From: Paludibacteraceae bacterium
GTDB taxonomy: Bacteria > Bacteroidota > Bacteroidia > Bacteroidales > Paludibacteraceae
NCBI GenBank assembly: GCA_017650465.1
Contig: JAGCEW010000092.1
Coordinates: 1-45,736, forward strand
DNA: 45,736 nt
Direction: 5' to 3'
Made by a program: the position numbers and the translations under genes. The notes beneath the pieces were generated by a model that made no database searches, had not been told where the DNA came from, and saw only the letters and a program-made list of their open reading frames with translations. Positions 8,769 to 18,000 of the stretch are shown in pieces. Numbering within the stretch: the stretch's first letter is position 1; each line of letters begins with the position of its first letter.

Positions 8769-9617
8769 ATGAGAACAAATTTTGATCAACTCCTTGAGGC
8801 TGGATGTCACTTTGGCCACCTCAAACGCAAATGGAATCCCGCAATGGCTCCTTACATTTATATGGAGCGCAACGGTATTCACATCATTGACCTCAACAAA
8901 ACTGCTATCAAGATTGACGAAGCAGCCGAGGCTTTGAAGAACATCGCAAGATCCGGTCGCCGTATCCTCTTTGTAGGAACCAAGAAACAAGCTCAGGAAA
9001 TTGTTGCCGCTAAGGCACAAGAGGTTACGATGCCTTACATCACCGAGCGTTGGGCCGGTGGAATGCTGACCAACTTCCCCACCATCCGTAAGGCTGTGAA
9101 GAAGATGTCCAGCATCGACAAGATGATGACCGATGGTACGTTTGACAATATCTCCAAACGTGAGAAACTCCAGATCACTCGTCAGCGTGAGAAACTGGAG
9201 AAGAACCTTGGCTCAATTGCCGACCTGACCCGTCTGCCGAGCGCATTATTCGTGGTTGACGTGCAGAAAGAGCACATCGCTGTAGCAGAAGCCAACCGTC
9301 TGGGTATTCCCGTATTCGGTATCGTAGATACCAACTCCGATCCTCAGAATATCGATTTCGTTATTCCGGCTAACGACGATGCCACCAAGTCCATTGAGGT
9401 AATCATCACCGCCGTTTGTGACGCCATCAAGGAAGGGCTTGACGAACGCAAAGTGGAGAAGGCTGACGAAGAAGCCGCTGCTGCTCAAAATCAGGCCTCA
9501 GAGGATGCTCCTGCTCCCAAAGAGCGCCGCACTCGCGTACGCAAAGCCGTAGAGAAAAAAGAGCCCGTAGTTGTAGAAGTACCCGCAGAGGCTCCTGCTG
9601 AAGAAAAAGCCGAGTAA
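8769..9617 (+). CDS. rpsB: 30S ribosomal protein S2
   Basis: Contains LLEAGCHFGHLKRKWNPAMAPYIY and an acidic/Ala-rich C-terminal tail. Confidence 0.97.
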   Translation: MRTNFDQLLEAGCHFGHLKRKWNPAMAPYIYMERNGIHIIDLNKTAIKIDEAAEALKNIARSGRRILFVGTKKQAQEIVAAKAQEVTMPYITERWAGGMLTNFPTIRKAVKKMSSIDKMMTDGTFDNISKREKLQITRQREKLEKNLGSIADLTRLPSALFVVDVQKEHIAVAEANRLGIPVFGIVDTNSDPQNIDFVIPANDDATKSIEVIITAVCDAIKEGLDERKVEKADEEAAAAQNQASEDAPAPKERRTRVRKAVEKKEPVVVEVPAEAPAEEKAE

Positions 9618-9652
9618 TAGCTTGATAACAACCTTGTAATAATTTCAAAATT

Positions 9653-10642
9653 ATGGCAGTAACACTTGCAGATATTAAGAAACTGCGCGAAATGACAGGC
9701 GCGGGAATGATGGACGTGAAGAAAGCATTGGAAGAAGCCAATGGTGACTTCGAAGTAGCTAAAGACTTGCTTCGTAAGCGTGGTCAGGCTATCGCAGCAA
9801 AGCGTAGCGACCGTGAAGCTTCGGAAGGCTGTGTACTCGCAAAGGCTGAAAACGGATTTGGTGCTATCGTAGCTGTTAAATGCGAAACCGACTTCGTGGC
9901 TAAGAACGAAGACTTCGTTGGTATGGTGAAACTCATCCTCGATGCTGCTATGGCTAACAAACCCGCCAATTTGGAGGAACTTCGTGCTCTCAAGATAGGT
10001 AACTTCACCGTTGCTGAAATCGTAACAGAGCGCAGTGGTGTCACCGGTGAGAAGATGGAACTCAGCGACTACGCTTTTATCGCAGCACCGAAAGTAGATG
10101 CTTACAACCACCTCGGTAATAAGCTCTCGTCTCTCGTTGCCGCTTCTGATGCCAATGCTGACCAGACCACCGTACACGGCGTAAATATGCAAGTCGCTTC
10201 GATGAACCCCGTCGCTTTGGATGCAGAGCACGTGGCTCAGGAGGTGAAAGATAGAGAACTCTCTGTTGCTATCGAAAAGACCAAACAGGACGAAGTCAAC
10301 AAGGCTATCGAACAAGCACTCCGTAAGGTGGGTATCAACCCCGCTCACGCTGACAGCGATGACCATATCGAGAGCAATCTCTCCAAGGGTTGGCTCACCG
10401 AAGAGGACGCACAGAAGGCTCGGGAGATTCGCGCGAATGTTCCGGCTGAAGCAGAAGCGAATATCAATATGAAGAAGGTGGAAATGATCGCTCAAGGACG
10501 TCTCCAGAAGTTCTTGAAAGAATCCACTTTGGTTGAGCAGCAATATATTATGTCTGACTCGAAAGAACTCGTGAAAGACGTGCTCAAACAAAACAACGTT
10601 ACCATCGTTGACTTCAAGCGTATTACCCTCAACGAAGAATAA
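9653..10642 (+). CDS. tsf: Elongation factor Ts
   Basis: Contains IKKLREMTGAGMMDVKKAL (UBA-like N-terminus). It sits immediately after rpsB. Confidence 0.96.
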   Translation: MAVTLADIKKLREMTGAGMMDVKKALEEANGDFEVAKDLLRKRGQAIAAKRSDREASEGCVLAKAENGFGAIVAVKCETDFVAKNEDFVGMVKLILDAAMANKPANLEELRALKIGNFTVAEIVTERSGVTGEKMELSDYAFIAAPKVDAYNHLGNKLSSLVAASDANADQTTVHGVNMQVASMNPVALDAEHVAQEVKDRELSVAIEKTKQDEVNKAIEQALRKVGINPAHADSDDHIESNLSKGWLTEEDAQKAREIRANVPAEAEANINMKKVEMIAQGRLQKFLKESTLVEQQYIMSDSKELVKDVLKQNNVTIVDFKRITLNEE

Positions 10643-10670
10643 TTTTTCGCAAAGATATCGCGAAATATTC

Positions 10671-10708
10671 AAAAAAATGACTTGGAAATTTGTCTAAGTC
10701 ATTTTTTT
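10671..10708. terminator. Intrinsic terminator after tsf, overlapping the ribF promoter
   Basis: AAAAAAATGACTT - ggaaatttgtct - AAGTCATTTTTTT, followed by further T residues. Confidence 0.7.
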
Positions 10709-10720
10709 TTCGTACCTTTG
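10689..10720 (+). promoter_or_regulatory. Promoter for ribF and the downstream barrel gene
   Basis: TTTG at 10689-10692 and TACCTTTG at 10713-10720, with a 20-nt spacer containing T9. Confidence 0.7.
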
Positions 10721-10740
10721 CGGGCTTTTTGGGAGAATAA

Positions 10741-11604
10741 ATGGCTTATGTAGCTACAATAGGATTTTTCGATGGTGTGCATCTTGGACATCAGTTCTTG
10801 CTCACTTCCTTGCGTCGTGAGGCCTCTCAACGCGCGCTCAAAGCCGCAGTAATTACATTTGAGCAACACCCTCGTAAGGTTTTACAAGGCGCTTCTCCGG
10901 CGTTGCTGACCACCTATAGTGAGCGCACCGACTTGCTCAAACAGCAGTCTTTGGATGAGATCTATGTTTTTCAGTTCGATGTCGTACGCGATATGACGTC
11001 TTCCGAGTTTTTGCATCTTTTGCGCGAACGATGCGATGTACGCGTACTTCTAATGGGATACGACCATCAGTTCGGCTCAGACGGGCATAAGTCTTTGGCG
11101 GAATACCAGTCACTCGGGAAAGAGGCTGGGGTAGAAGTCCTTCCTATAACGCAAGCGCCGGAAGGAGACGTCTCTTCGTCTAAGATACGTCGTTTGTTGC
11201 TTACGGGAGATGTCTGTCAAGCCAATGCTATGTTGGGCCGACCGTATAGGGTGCAAGGCACCGTGGTACACGGACGTGGATTAGGTAGGCAAATAGGCTT
11301 TCCGACGGCAAATATCTGTGTTGATAACAAGGACAAACTGATTCCCAAGGATGGTGTCTATGCCGTGCAAGTCACCACTGCTGATGGGTGTCCCCGCAAG
11401 GCGGTCTTGAACATCGGTACGAATCCCACCGTGGGAGGATCTGAACGCACCCTTGAGGTACATATACCCGATTTCTCAGGTGATTTATACGGACAGCCCA
11501 TAATTGTTAATCTTGTTCGTTATATCCGCGAAGAGTGTAAATTCAAATCAACAGACACCCTTCGCAAACAAATACAACAGGATTTAAACTGCCTGAATGA
11601 ATAG
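10741..11604 (+). CDS. ribF: Bifunctional riboflavin kinase / FAD synthetase
   Basis: The N-terminus is GFFDGVHLGHQ. The C-terminal riboflavin kinase part contains GRGLGRQIGFPTANI and LEVHIPDFSGDLYG. Confidence 0.93.
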   Translation: MAYVATIGFFDGVHLGHQFLLTSLRREASQRALKAAVITFEQHPRKVLQGASPALLTTYSERTDLLKQQSLDEIYVFQFDVVRDMTSSEFLHLLRERCDVRVLLMGYDHQFGSDGHKSLAEYQSLGKEAGVEVLPITQAPEGDVSSSKIRRLLLTGDVCQANAMLGRPYRVQGTVVHGRGLGRQIGFPTANICVDNKDKLIPKDGVYAVQVTTADGCPRKAVLNIGTNPTVGGSERTLEVHIPDFSGDLYGQPIIVNLVRYIREECKFKSTDTLRKQIQQDLNCLNE

Positions 11605-11630
11605 AACAAATCTGAGAAAAAACAGATACA

Positions 11631-14579
11631 ATGAAACACATCTTTTTAGCCTTTTTGCTATTTCCGATAACTCTCTTGGCGCAACAAACGGTGCGTGGAA
11701 AGGTCGTTAACAAGAGTGATAATTCACCCGTCGAGTTGGCTGCAGTGCGTCTCTTCTCGCACACGTCACCCACTGATTCCACCCTTGTTCAGGGGGTGCA
11801 GGCTGATTTGGAGGGTGTGTTTGTCTTGTCTCACGTCAAGCCCGGCAAGTACAGCCTTCTGGTATCGAGCATCGGCTTCTTGCCGTATCGCCAGTCGCTG
11901 GTAGTCTCTGCCAAACAAGACAAGTCGGATATCACACTTACCACGATCCGGCTGGCAGAAGATGTGCAAGTCTTGGAGGCGGTTGATGTCAAAGGTCACG
12001 CAGCTGAAATGACGGTCAAGGGCGATACCATCGAGTATAACACCGCTGCCTACAAGATTCAGGAAGGTGCGATGGTGGAGGACCTCCTCAAAAAGATGAA
12101 CGGTATTCAGGTGGACAAAGAAGGCAATGTCACGGTCAACGGAGAAACGGTCAAAGGTGTGCGCATTGACGGCAAAAAGTTCTTTGGCAACGATGTGCAG
12201 TCGGCCACCAAGAATATCCCTGCGGAGATGATTGATAAGATTCAGGTCATTGACGAAAAATCCGATATGGCGAAACTTACCGGCTTTGAGGATGATGACA
12301 CGGAACGTATTATCAATCTGTCGCTTAAGGCGAATCGCAAAAAAGGTGTCTTTGGCAATTTCGGAGGCGGTTTGGGTGCTGATCTTGTGACGGACGACAA
12401 CCGTTGGTTCAATTATGCCAACCCGGACTTTGGGGCTACGCCCGCTGAGCGAACGAAACATTTCTTCAAGAATGATTTCCGATATAATGCCAATCTCTTC
12501 ACGAATATTCTCCTCGGAGAGAGCCAGACTACTATTATCGGAGGTGCCAACAACACCAACGAGATTCGTTCCGGACGGGGGCGTGGTGCCTTTGGACAAC
12601 AGAATCAGGGTATTACTTGGAGCGAGAACTTAGGCGTGAACACCAATCTGGATTTGACCAAACAGCTTCGCAATCCGCGTCCACAAGCCTCACTTATCTT
12701 TGGCGGTGACGGACAGGCGGTGCATTCCTATAACGATTCGCGTTCGTTGAGCAATAAGGACAGTTACAGCAACGGCATCACCTATCAGAACGCCGATTCT
12801 ACCTCCAAGCAAGCTTGGTCGTGGGACACGCGCATCCGTCTGGAACTGGAATATCAGATTGATACGCTCAACAAACTGATCTTCAAACCCACCATCAACT
12901 ATACGCAGTCCCGATACGATGAGTATAGCGATTATCTTTACATGCGCGATGGAGATACGCTCAACAACGGCTATCAGTCGCGTTTCAGCCTACAGGACGA
13001 GATTGGCGCATCGTTGAACACCACCTACAATCATAAGTTCCTCCGTCCGGGGCGCTCGCTTACTATCAGTCTCGATTTGGGACTCACCGACACCAAAGGA
13101 CGTTCCGAGACCTTCGCGTTCGACCGCTTGCTGACCGATACAACGGTCGATCAGAACATCCGTTCCCTCCAAAATTCGTATTCTTATGGCATTAAGGCCT
13201 CGTATGTCGAACCCGTCTATGGCCGCAATCATTTCCTCGAGTTCGTCCTTTCTGCATCGGGAAACAATCGCTCTTCCGAGAAAAATCAGTATATAGGGCA
13301 GTCCCAACAGCGCATCGATTCAGCCTATTCCAGTTCGTTCACAAACAATTTCTATAACGAAGCACTCGAACTCAACTACCGTTGGCTGACCCAGAATAGT
13401 GACCTCAGTGTCGGTTTCCGCGTCAATCCCTCGCAGACGCGTTCCCGTACAACGTATATGGATACCGGAGTGGCACACGACACCCTTGTCTCCGTCTGGA
13501 ATTTCTCACCGAATGTCAATTTCAAGTACAAGTTCGGAAAGAAACAGTTCGCCCGTATTTCCTATCGTGGTACCTCTGTTCAGCCCTCTATCTCGCAGAT
13601 GGAGCCAACACGTAACAACTCCGACGCAATGAGCCGAACGGTTGGTAATCTGGATCTTAACCCCGCTTTCCGTCACACCTTGCGGGCGATGTTCTCTATG
13701 TTCAACGAAAAGACTTTCGTCAGCCTTATGGGAGGTGTTCGCGGTTCGCTTGACAAGGACGCACTGGTTTCCAATTCCATCTATGACGAGACAGGTAAAC
13801 TCTATCGTCAAACCGTCAATGCACGCTCTTTGCCTTGGAATATTGGTGCTGACTTTATGTTCAACCTTCCGTTTGCCAAGAAAATGATGCAGTTGCACAG
13901 CCGCACCTCGGCTTCTTATAATCAGCAGTTGGCCTATCTGTCGCGTGAGCACACAGCTTCCGATATCGCCAAATGGATGGACGGTGGACTACTGCCGCTC
14001 GGAGAGGAATCGCGCACCGGAAATCTACAAGTGGCGGAGAACCTGAACATTCGCTTCACCCACGATATCGTTGATTTGGGACTCAGTGGCGACTTCTCCT
14101 ATTCGCGCTCGAAGAATAGCCTCATCGCTAATTCCGTCTCCAACATCTTCTCTTGGACCGTCAAGGGCGACGTCGAGTTCCATTTGCCCAAAAACTGGAC
14201 CATCGCAGCCGATTGCGGATACACCGACCGATACGGCTATCGCTTGTCGGATGTCAGCGAACTCATCCTCAATGCGTCTGTCAGCAAAGCGTGGACGAAC
14301 GCAAGCCTCAAACTCAGCGCCTTCGATTTGCTGAACAATAAGAAGAATATCCGTCAGGTAGTGGGGGAGAACTATGTCCAGTACCAGAAGTTCAACACCT
14401 TGCCGACTTATGTGATGCTCACCTTTACCTACAAACTCAATAAGATGGGTGATATGAAGGCGAAAGGCATGGCGGGACACATCCAAGAGATGATAGAGCA
14501 GGGTGGTTCGGCATCGGGTCCTGTGCCGGGTATGCCTCCAAAGGGCACGCCCCCGATGGGACCTCCGCCGGGAATGTAA
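11631..14579 (+). CDS. Large outer-membrane beta-barrel family protein with an N-terminal carboxypeptidase-regulatory-like domain (TonB-dependent-receptor-like)
   Basis: The signal peptide is followed by QQTVRGKVVNKSDNSPVELAAVRLF (CarboxypepD_reg-like). There is a plug-like segment, GDTIEYNTAAYK..VRIDGKKFFGND, then a long Asn/Ser/Tyr-rich strand region. The tail is Pro/Gly-rich: GPVPGMPPKGTPPMGPPPGM. Confidence 0.85.
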   Translation: MKHIFLAFLLFPITLLAQQTVRGKVVNKSDNSPVELAAVRLFSHTSPTDSTLVQGVQADLEGVFVLSHVKPGKYSLLVSSIGFLPYRQSLVVSAKQDKSDITLTTIRLAEDVQVLEAVDVKGHAAEMTVKGDTIEYNTAAYKIQEGAMVEDLLKKMNGIQVDKEGNVTVNGETVKGVRIDGKKFFGNDVQSATKNIPAEMIDKIQVIDEKSDMAKLTGFEDDDTERIINLSLKANRKKGVFGNFGGGLGADLVTDDNRWFNYANPDFGATPAERTKHFFKNDFRYNANLFTNILLGESQTTIIGGANNTNEIRSGRGRGAFGQQNQGITWSENLGVNTNLDLTKQLRNPRPQASLIFGGDGQAVHSYNDSRSLSNKDSYSNGITYQNADSTSKQAWSWDTRIRLELEYQIDTLNKLIFKPTINYTQSRYDEYSDYLYMRDGDTLNNGYQSRFSLQDEIGASLNTTYNHKFLRPGRSLTISLDLGLTDTKGRSETFAFDRLLTDTTVDQNIRSLQNSYSYGIKASYVEPVYGRNHFLEFVLSASGNNRSSEKNQYIGQSQQRIDSAYSSSFTNNFYNEALELNYRWLTQNSDLSVGFRVNPSQTRSRTTYMDTGVAHDTLVSVWNFSPNVNFKYKFGKKQFARISYRGTSVQPSISQMEPTRNNSDAMSRTVGNLDLNPAFRHTLRAMFSMFNEKTFVSLMGGVRGSLDKDALVSNSIYDETGKLYRQTVNARSLPWNIGADFMFNLPFAKKMMQLHSRTSASYNQQLAYLSREHTASDIAKWMDGGLLPLGEESRTGNLQVAENLNIRFTHDIVDLGLSGDFSYSRSKNSLIANSVSNIFSWTVKGDVEFHLPKNWTIAADCGYTDRYGYRLSDVSELILNASVSKAWTNASLKLSAFDLLNNKKNIRQVVGENYVQYQKFNTLPTYVMLTFTYKLNKMGDMKAKGMAGHIQEMIEQGGSASGPVPGMPPKGTPPMGPPPGM

Positions 14580-14666
14580 CTCTTTAAGACACTCTCCCAA
14601 CTCTCCATCCCAATCCCCTTCGAATCCCGTCAACCCTCCATTCGAATTTCTCCGAATCCCTCCCAA

Positions 14667-14697
14667 GTACAGAACAAGTCCCAAGCTTGTTCTGTAC
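14667..14697 (+). terminator. Hairpin terminator after the barrel gene
   Basis: GTACAGAACAAG - tcccaag - CTTGTTCTGTAC forms a 12-bp perfect stem, followed by AATTCTTTG. Confidence 0.65.
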
Positions 14698-14728
14698 AAT
14701 TCTTTGACAATTCTTTGACAATTCTCGG
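14696..14728. repeat. Three tandem copies of an 11-bp unit (ACAATTCTTTG x2 plus ACAATTCTCGG)
   Basis: Read directly from the sequence. It abuts the larger 11-bp array. Confidence 0.9.
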
Positions 14729-14734
14729 ACTAAA

Positions 14735-14844
14735 CACGATAGATACACGATAGATACACGATAGATACACGATAGATATACGATAGATACACGATAGATA
14801 TACGATAGATATACGATAGATACACGATAGATATACGATAGATA
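14735..14844. repeat. Tandem array 1: ten 11-bp units, YACGATAGATA
   Basis: Ten head-to-tail units. The first base reads C,C,C,C,T,C,T,T,C,T across units. The array is intergenic and ends 85 bp before the -33 box of the giant-protein promoter. Confidence 0.97.
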
Positions 14845-14929
14845 CAGCAGGGGTCACCGAGACATCTCTTAGTCCGACCTAAGTAAAAAAATAAAAAAGA
14901 AAATTTTTCGTGCTTTTTTACCTATTTTA

Positions 14930-14961
14930 TTTGTTTATCTCAAAAAAATGTTGTACCTTTG
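14930..14961 (+). promoter_or_regulatory. Promoter of the giant surface-protein gene
   Basis: TTTG at 14930-14933 and TACCTTTG at 14954-14961, with a 20-nt spacer containing A7. A-tracts lie upstream. Confidence 0.75.
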
Positions 14962-15034
14962 CACCCGAATTTGATATAGGGAATACAACTCAACTAATCA
15001 ACAATAATTGTTTAACTTTAAAATCAGTACGTTT

Positions 15035-18000
15035 ATGAGAAAAATTCATTTACTTCTCACAACGCTAATGCTGATAGCATTTAGCGTCGGTACAGCGTGG
15101 GCCGGCTCGTACAGCCTTACTCCGAATCAGGCGACTACGGGTAGTGAATCTACCAAGTACATCACTACCTTGACCGAGTTCACCCACAACAGTATCACTT
15201 GGAAGATGAATCAGTGGAATCCATCTTCTCTGCAGGTGAAAACGAACCAGAGTTCTGCAACTGCGGAATTTAGATTCTACAACACATCTGCTTTCCCCGG
15301 TAAAATCACCAAAGTTGTAATTACTTTTAAGGCTCTTACAATCAGCAACCCCGACGAGACCGGTTTTATGTTTGTGGGAGGAACGAGCGAAGTATCCGGA
15401 ACAACGGGCGGTACGAATGGCGTCTGGGATGAAGATAACAAGACAATAACCTGGGAGCCTGCTTCTACAGATAATTTCACATACTTTGCTTTCTACCAGG
15501 ATGGTAAAAAAGCAACAAGTAGTAACTACTTGGCAGAATCGGACGCGATTGTAGTTACCTACGCGGACGGTGGAAGTAGCACCACTCCTTCTATCTCTGT
15601 TAAGCAGAAAGGTAGTGCTATCACAGAGATTGATTTCGGCAATGTGGTTGAAGACACTCAGGATGAAGATCATGGTAAAGCTGCGGTTCAGACCTTTGAT
15701 ATTAAGGGCGCTAACCTGACAGACAAGGTGAAGTTGGAAATTTCCAGTACTCACGCCATGAAGATTTATGTCCCCGGTTACGCTTCTCCGTATTTCAATA
15801 ACCTCACTCTTACTCCAAAGAACGGAGCTATCGACACGACGATTACGATAACTTCTTCTACCATAGGAACGGGAGAGAAGACCGGTGTTTTGACCGTCAG
15901 CAGTTTAACTTCTACGGCGGACTTTACGGCTATTAACATCGACCTTAAGATCAACCTCCTTGAGCGAGTAGATCCTACATCTGTAGCTCTGAACAAGACC
16001 GAGTTAGCGATGGAAGTTGGAGACGAAGAAACGCTGGTGGCTACCGTTTCTCCGGAAAATGCAACCAACAAAAAAGTAAAATGGCAGTCAAGCAACTCTG
16101 CCGTTGCAGATGTAGATGAGAATGGTAAGGTAACGGCAGTAGGCGAAGGTACTTGTACTATCCGCTGCTATGCAGAAGAGAATTACTACACCTATAAATC
16201 GTGCGAAGTAACCGTTTCCGCTCACACCGTCAAAGCCGGTACATATACTATTGATTTAAACAAAGATTTGTATGGCGTAGCTAAGGGCAATAATGAAACA
16301 GAACAGAGTGCATCGCAAAATGATATTACGATAGTTTCCGGATGTGAGTCTTATGCATCTAATAAAACCTATTATGATGATACTCATATTCGTTATTATA
16401 TGGATAGTTATCTAAAATTATCTGCACCTACCGGATTTGTAATTACGGAGGTAGTGTTCACCGCCGGAGGAACATGGAATGGTTACTTTACTGTGAATGC
16501 AGGAGAATATGATAAAGATACCAAAAAGTGGACAGGATCAACAAGTGAAGTAATTTTCTCGTTTACATCTCAGAACCGAATAGCATCTATCAAGGTTACC
16601 TATGCGGCCGCTTCCGAGATCGCTTTGCCGAATATTTCCGGCCAGACTCCGTTCTATCCCTCTACTACGGTGACAATGACTATTGATACCGATGGTGCAG
16701 ATATTATCTATACCATGAACGGTGAAGACCCGTTAGGTGGAGATAACACCTATTCGCAACCGATCGTTTTGACGGAAACGAAGACCATTAAGGCGCGCGG
16801 ATTCAAGGGCGTAAAACTGGGAGAAGTCGCTTCAAAGACCTTCACGAAGGCTACGCCGATTAGTGTAACGGACGCTATTGCGGCTATTCCGAATGAGAAC
16901 GATGCGGTAGATAACGCGTTTGTCTATGGTTATGTTTGCACTTTGAGTGAGTCTGATCCGAATGCTAACGGCCAGATGACCTATTATATTTCGAAAGACG
17001 GTACAGAAACCAACCGCCTGCAGATTTATAAAGGTAAAGGTCTGAACAATGCTGCCTTTGCATCGAAGGAGGACATTGCTTTGGGCGATAAAGTAGTTAT
17101 ATATGGTCAGTTGAAGAACTATGGCGGCACGTATGAAATGAACTCCGGCAACTATATCGTTGAGAAAGTTGCGAAGGGTGATGTACAGAGTGTGGTTATC
17201 AGTGGCGATGCTACGCATGGCGCTTATGAAGGCGGTGATGCTTTCGATCCTGCAGGATTGAAGGTTACTGCAACTTATGCAAGCGGATATCAAGAGGATG
17301 TAACCGCTTCTGCTACGTGGTCGCCGGCAACTATCACTACACAGTCGGGCAACACAGATGTAACGGCTACCTTTGGTGGTAAGACCAGTGATGCCAAGAC
17401 GGTGAACATTACGCTCAATAAGTACACCGTTACCTTCAATACTTCCGTATATGGTGGTACTTGGGGTATTAAGAAAGGCGACAATTATATCAAAACCGGT
17501 AACTACTTCCCGAAGGGTACTGTCCTGACGGTAGTTACTGAAGCTGTTGCTGGATATAAGTTAGGTAGTATTACCGTGAACGATGCACCGCTGGAGGGCA
17601 ATGAGATTACAATCGGTACGGAGAATATCACCGTTGCCGTAGAGTTCGCAATGATTCAAGAAGGTGTGCTCGTTCTCTCGACCAACTCTTTGAACTGGGG
17701 CTCTATCAATGTAGGTACTAAGCCTCAGGATGTTCCTTATCAAACCTTCACGCTGACAGGTGGTAACTTAACACAAGGCCGCACCGTGAAACTGACGGCT
17801 CCGACTTGGTGCTATCTGACTCAAACTACTGCTAATCCTACGGCTGGCGGTAATATCGCAACAACCAGTTTCTATGTATATGTGAAGGATGCAACGCTTG
17901 AGACGGCTGGTGAGTATAGCGGTAATATCGTTATCTCCAGCGATGACCTCGCAAAAGATAGCTTGGTTGCTGTCAAACTGACTGTTACGGAGAAAAAGGA

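Noticed and set aside
9491-10672. 393-aa minus-strand ORF opposite tsf and the rpsB 3' end
   Set aside because: It is antisense to EF-Ts and S2, with no recognisable domain. It is a shadow ORF.
14735-14844. Possibility that the 11-bp arrays are CRISPR arrays
   Set aside because: The units are contiguous with no spacers and are far shorter than CRISPR repeats. No cas genes are present in the window.
14630-14857. 75-aa minus-strand ORF reading through tandem array 1 (IVYLSCIYRIS repeated)
   Set aside because: It is a translation artefact of an 11-bp repeat, with no start context or promoter. The homologous array 2 is not in an equivalent ORF.
15008-15034. Longer N-terminal extensions given in the ORF track: 15008 and 24117 and 40645 (all TTG), plus 1987, 23798, 32813 and 39308
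   Set aside because: Each extension either starts at a non-ATG codon inside or upstream of the predicted promoter, or overlaps the preceding gene. In every case an internal ATG gives the expected signal peptide or conserved N-terminus.
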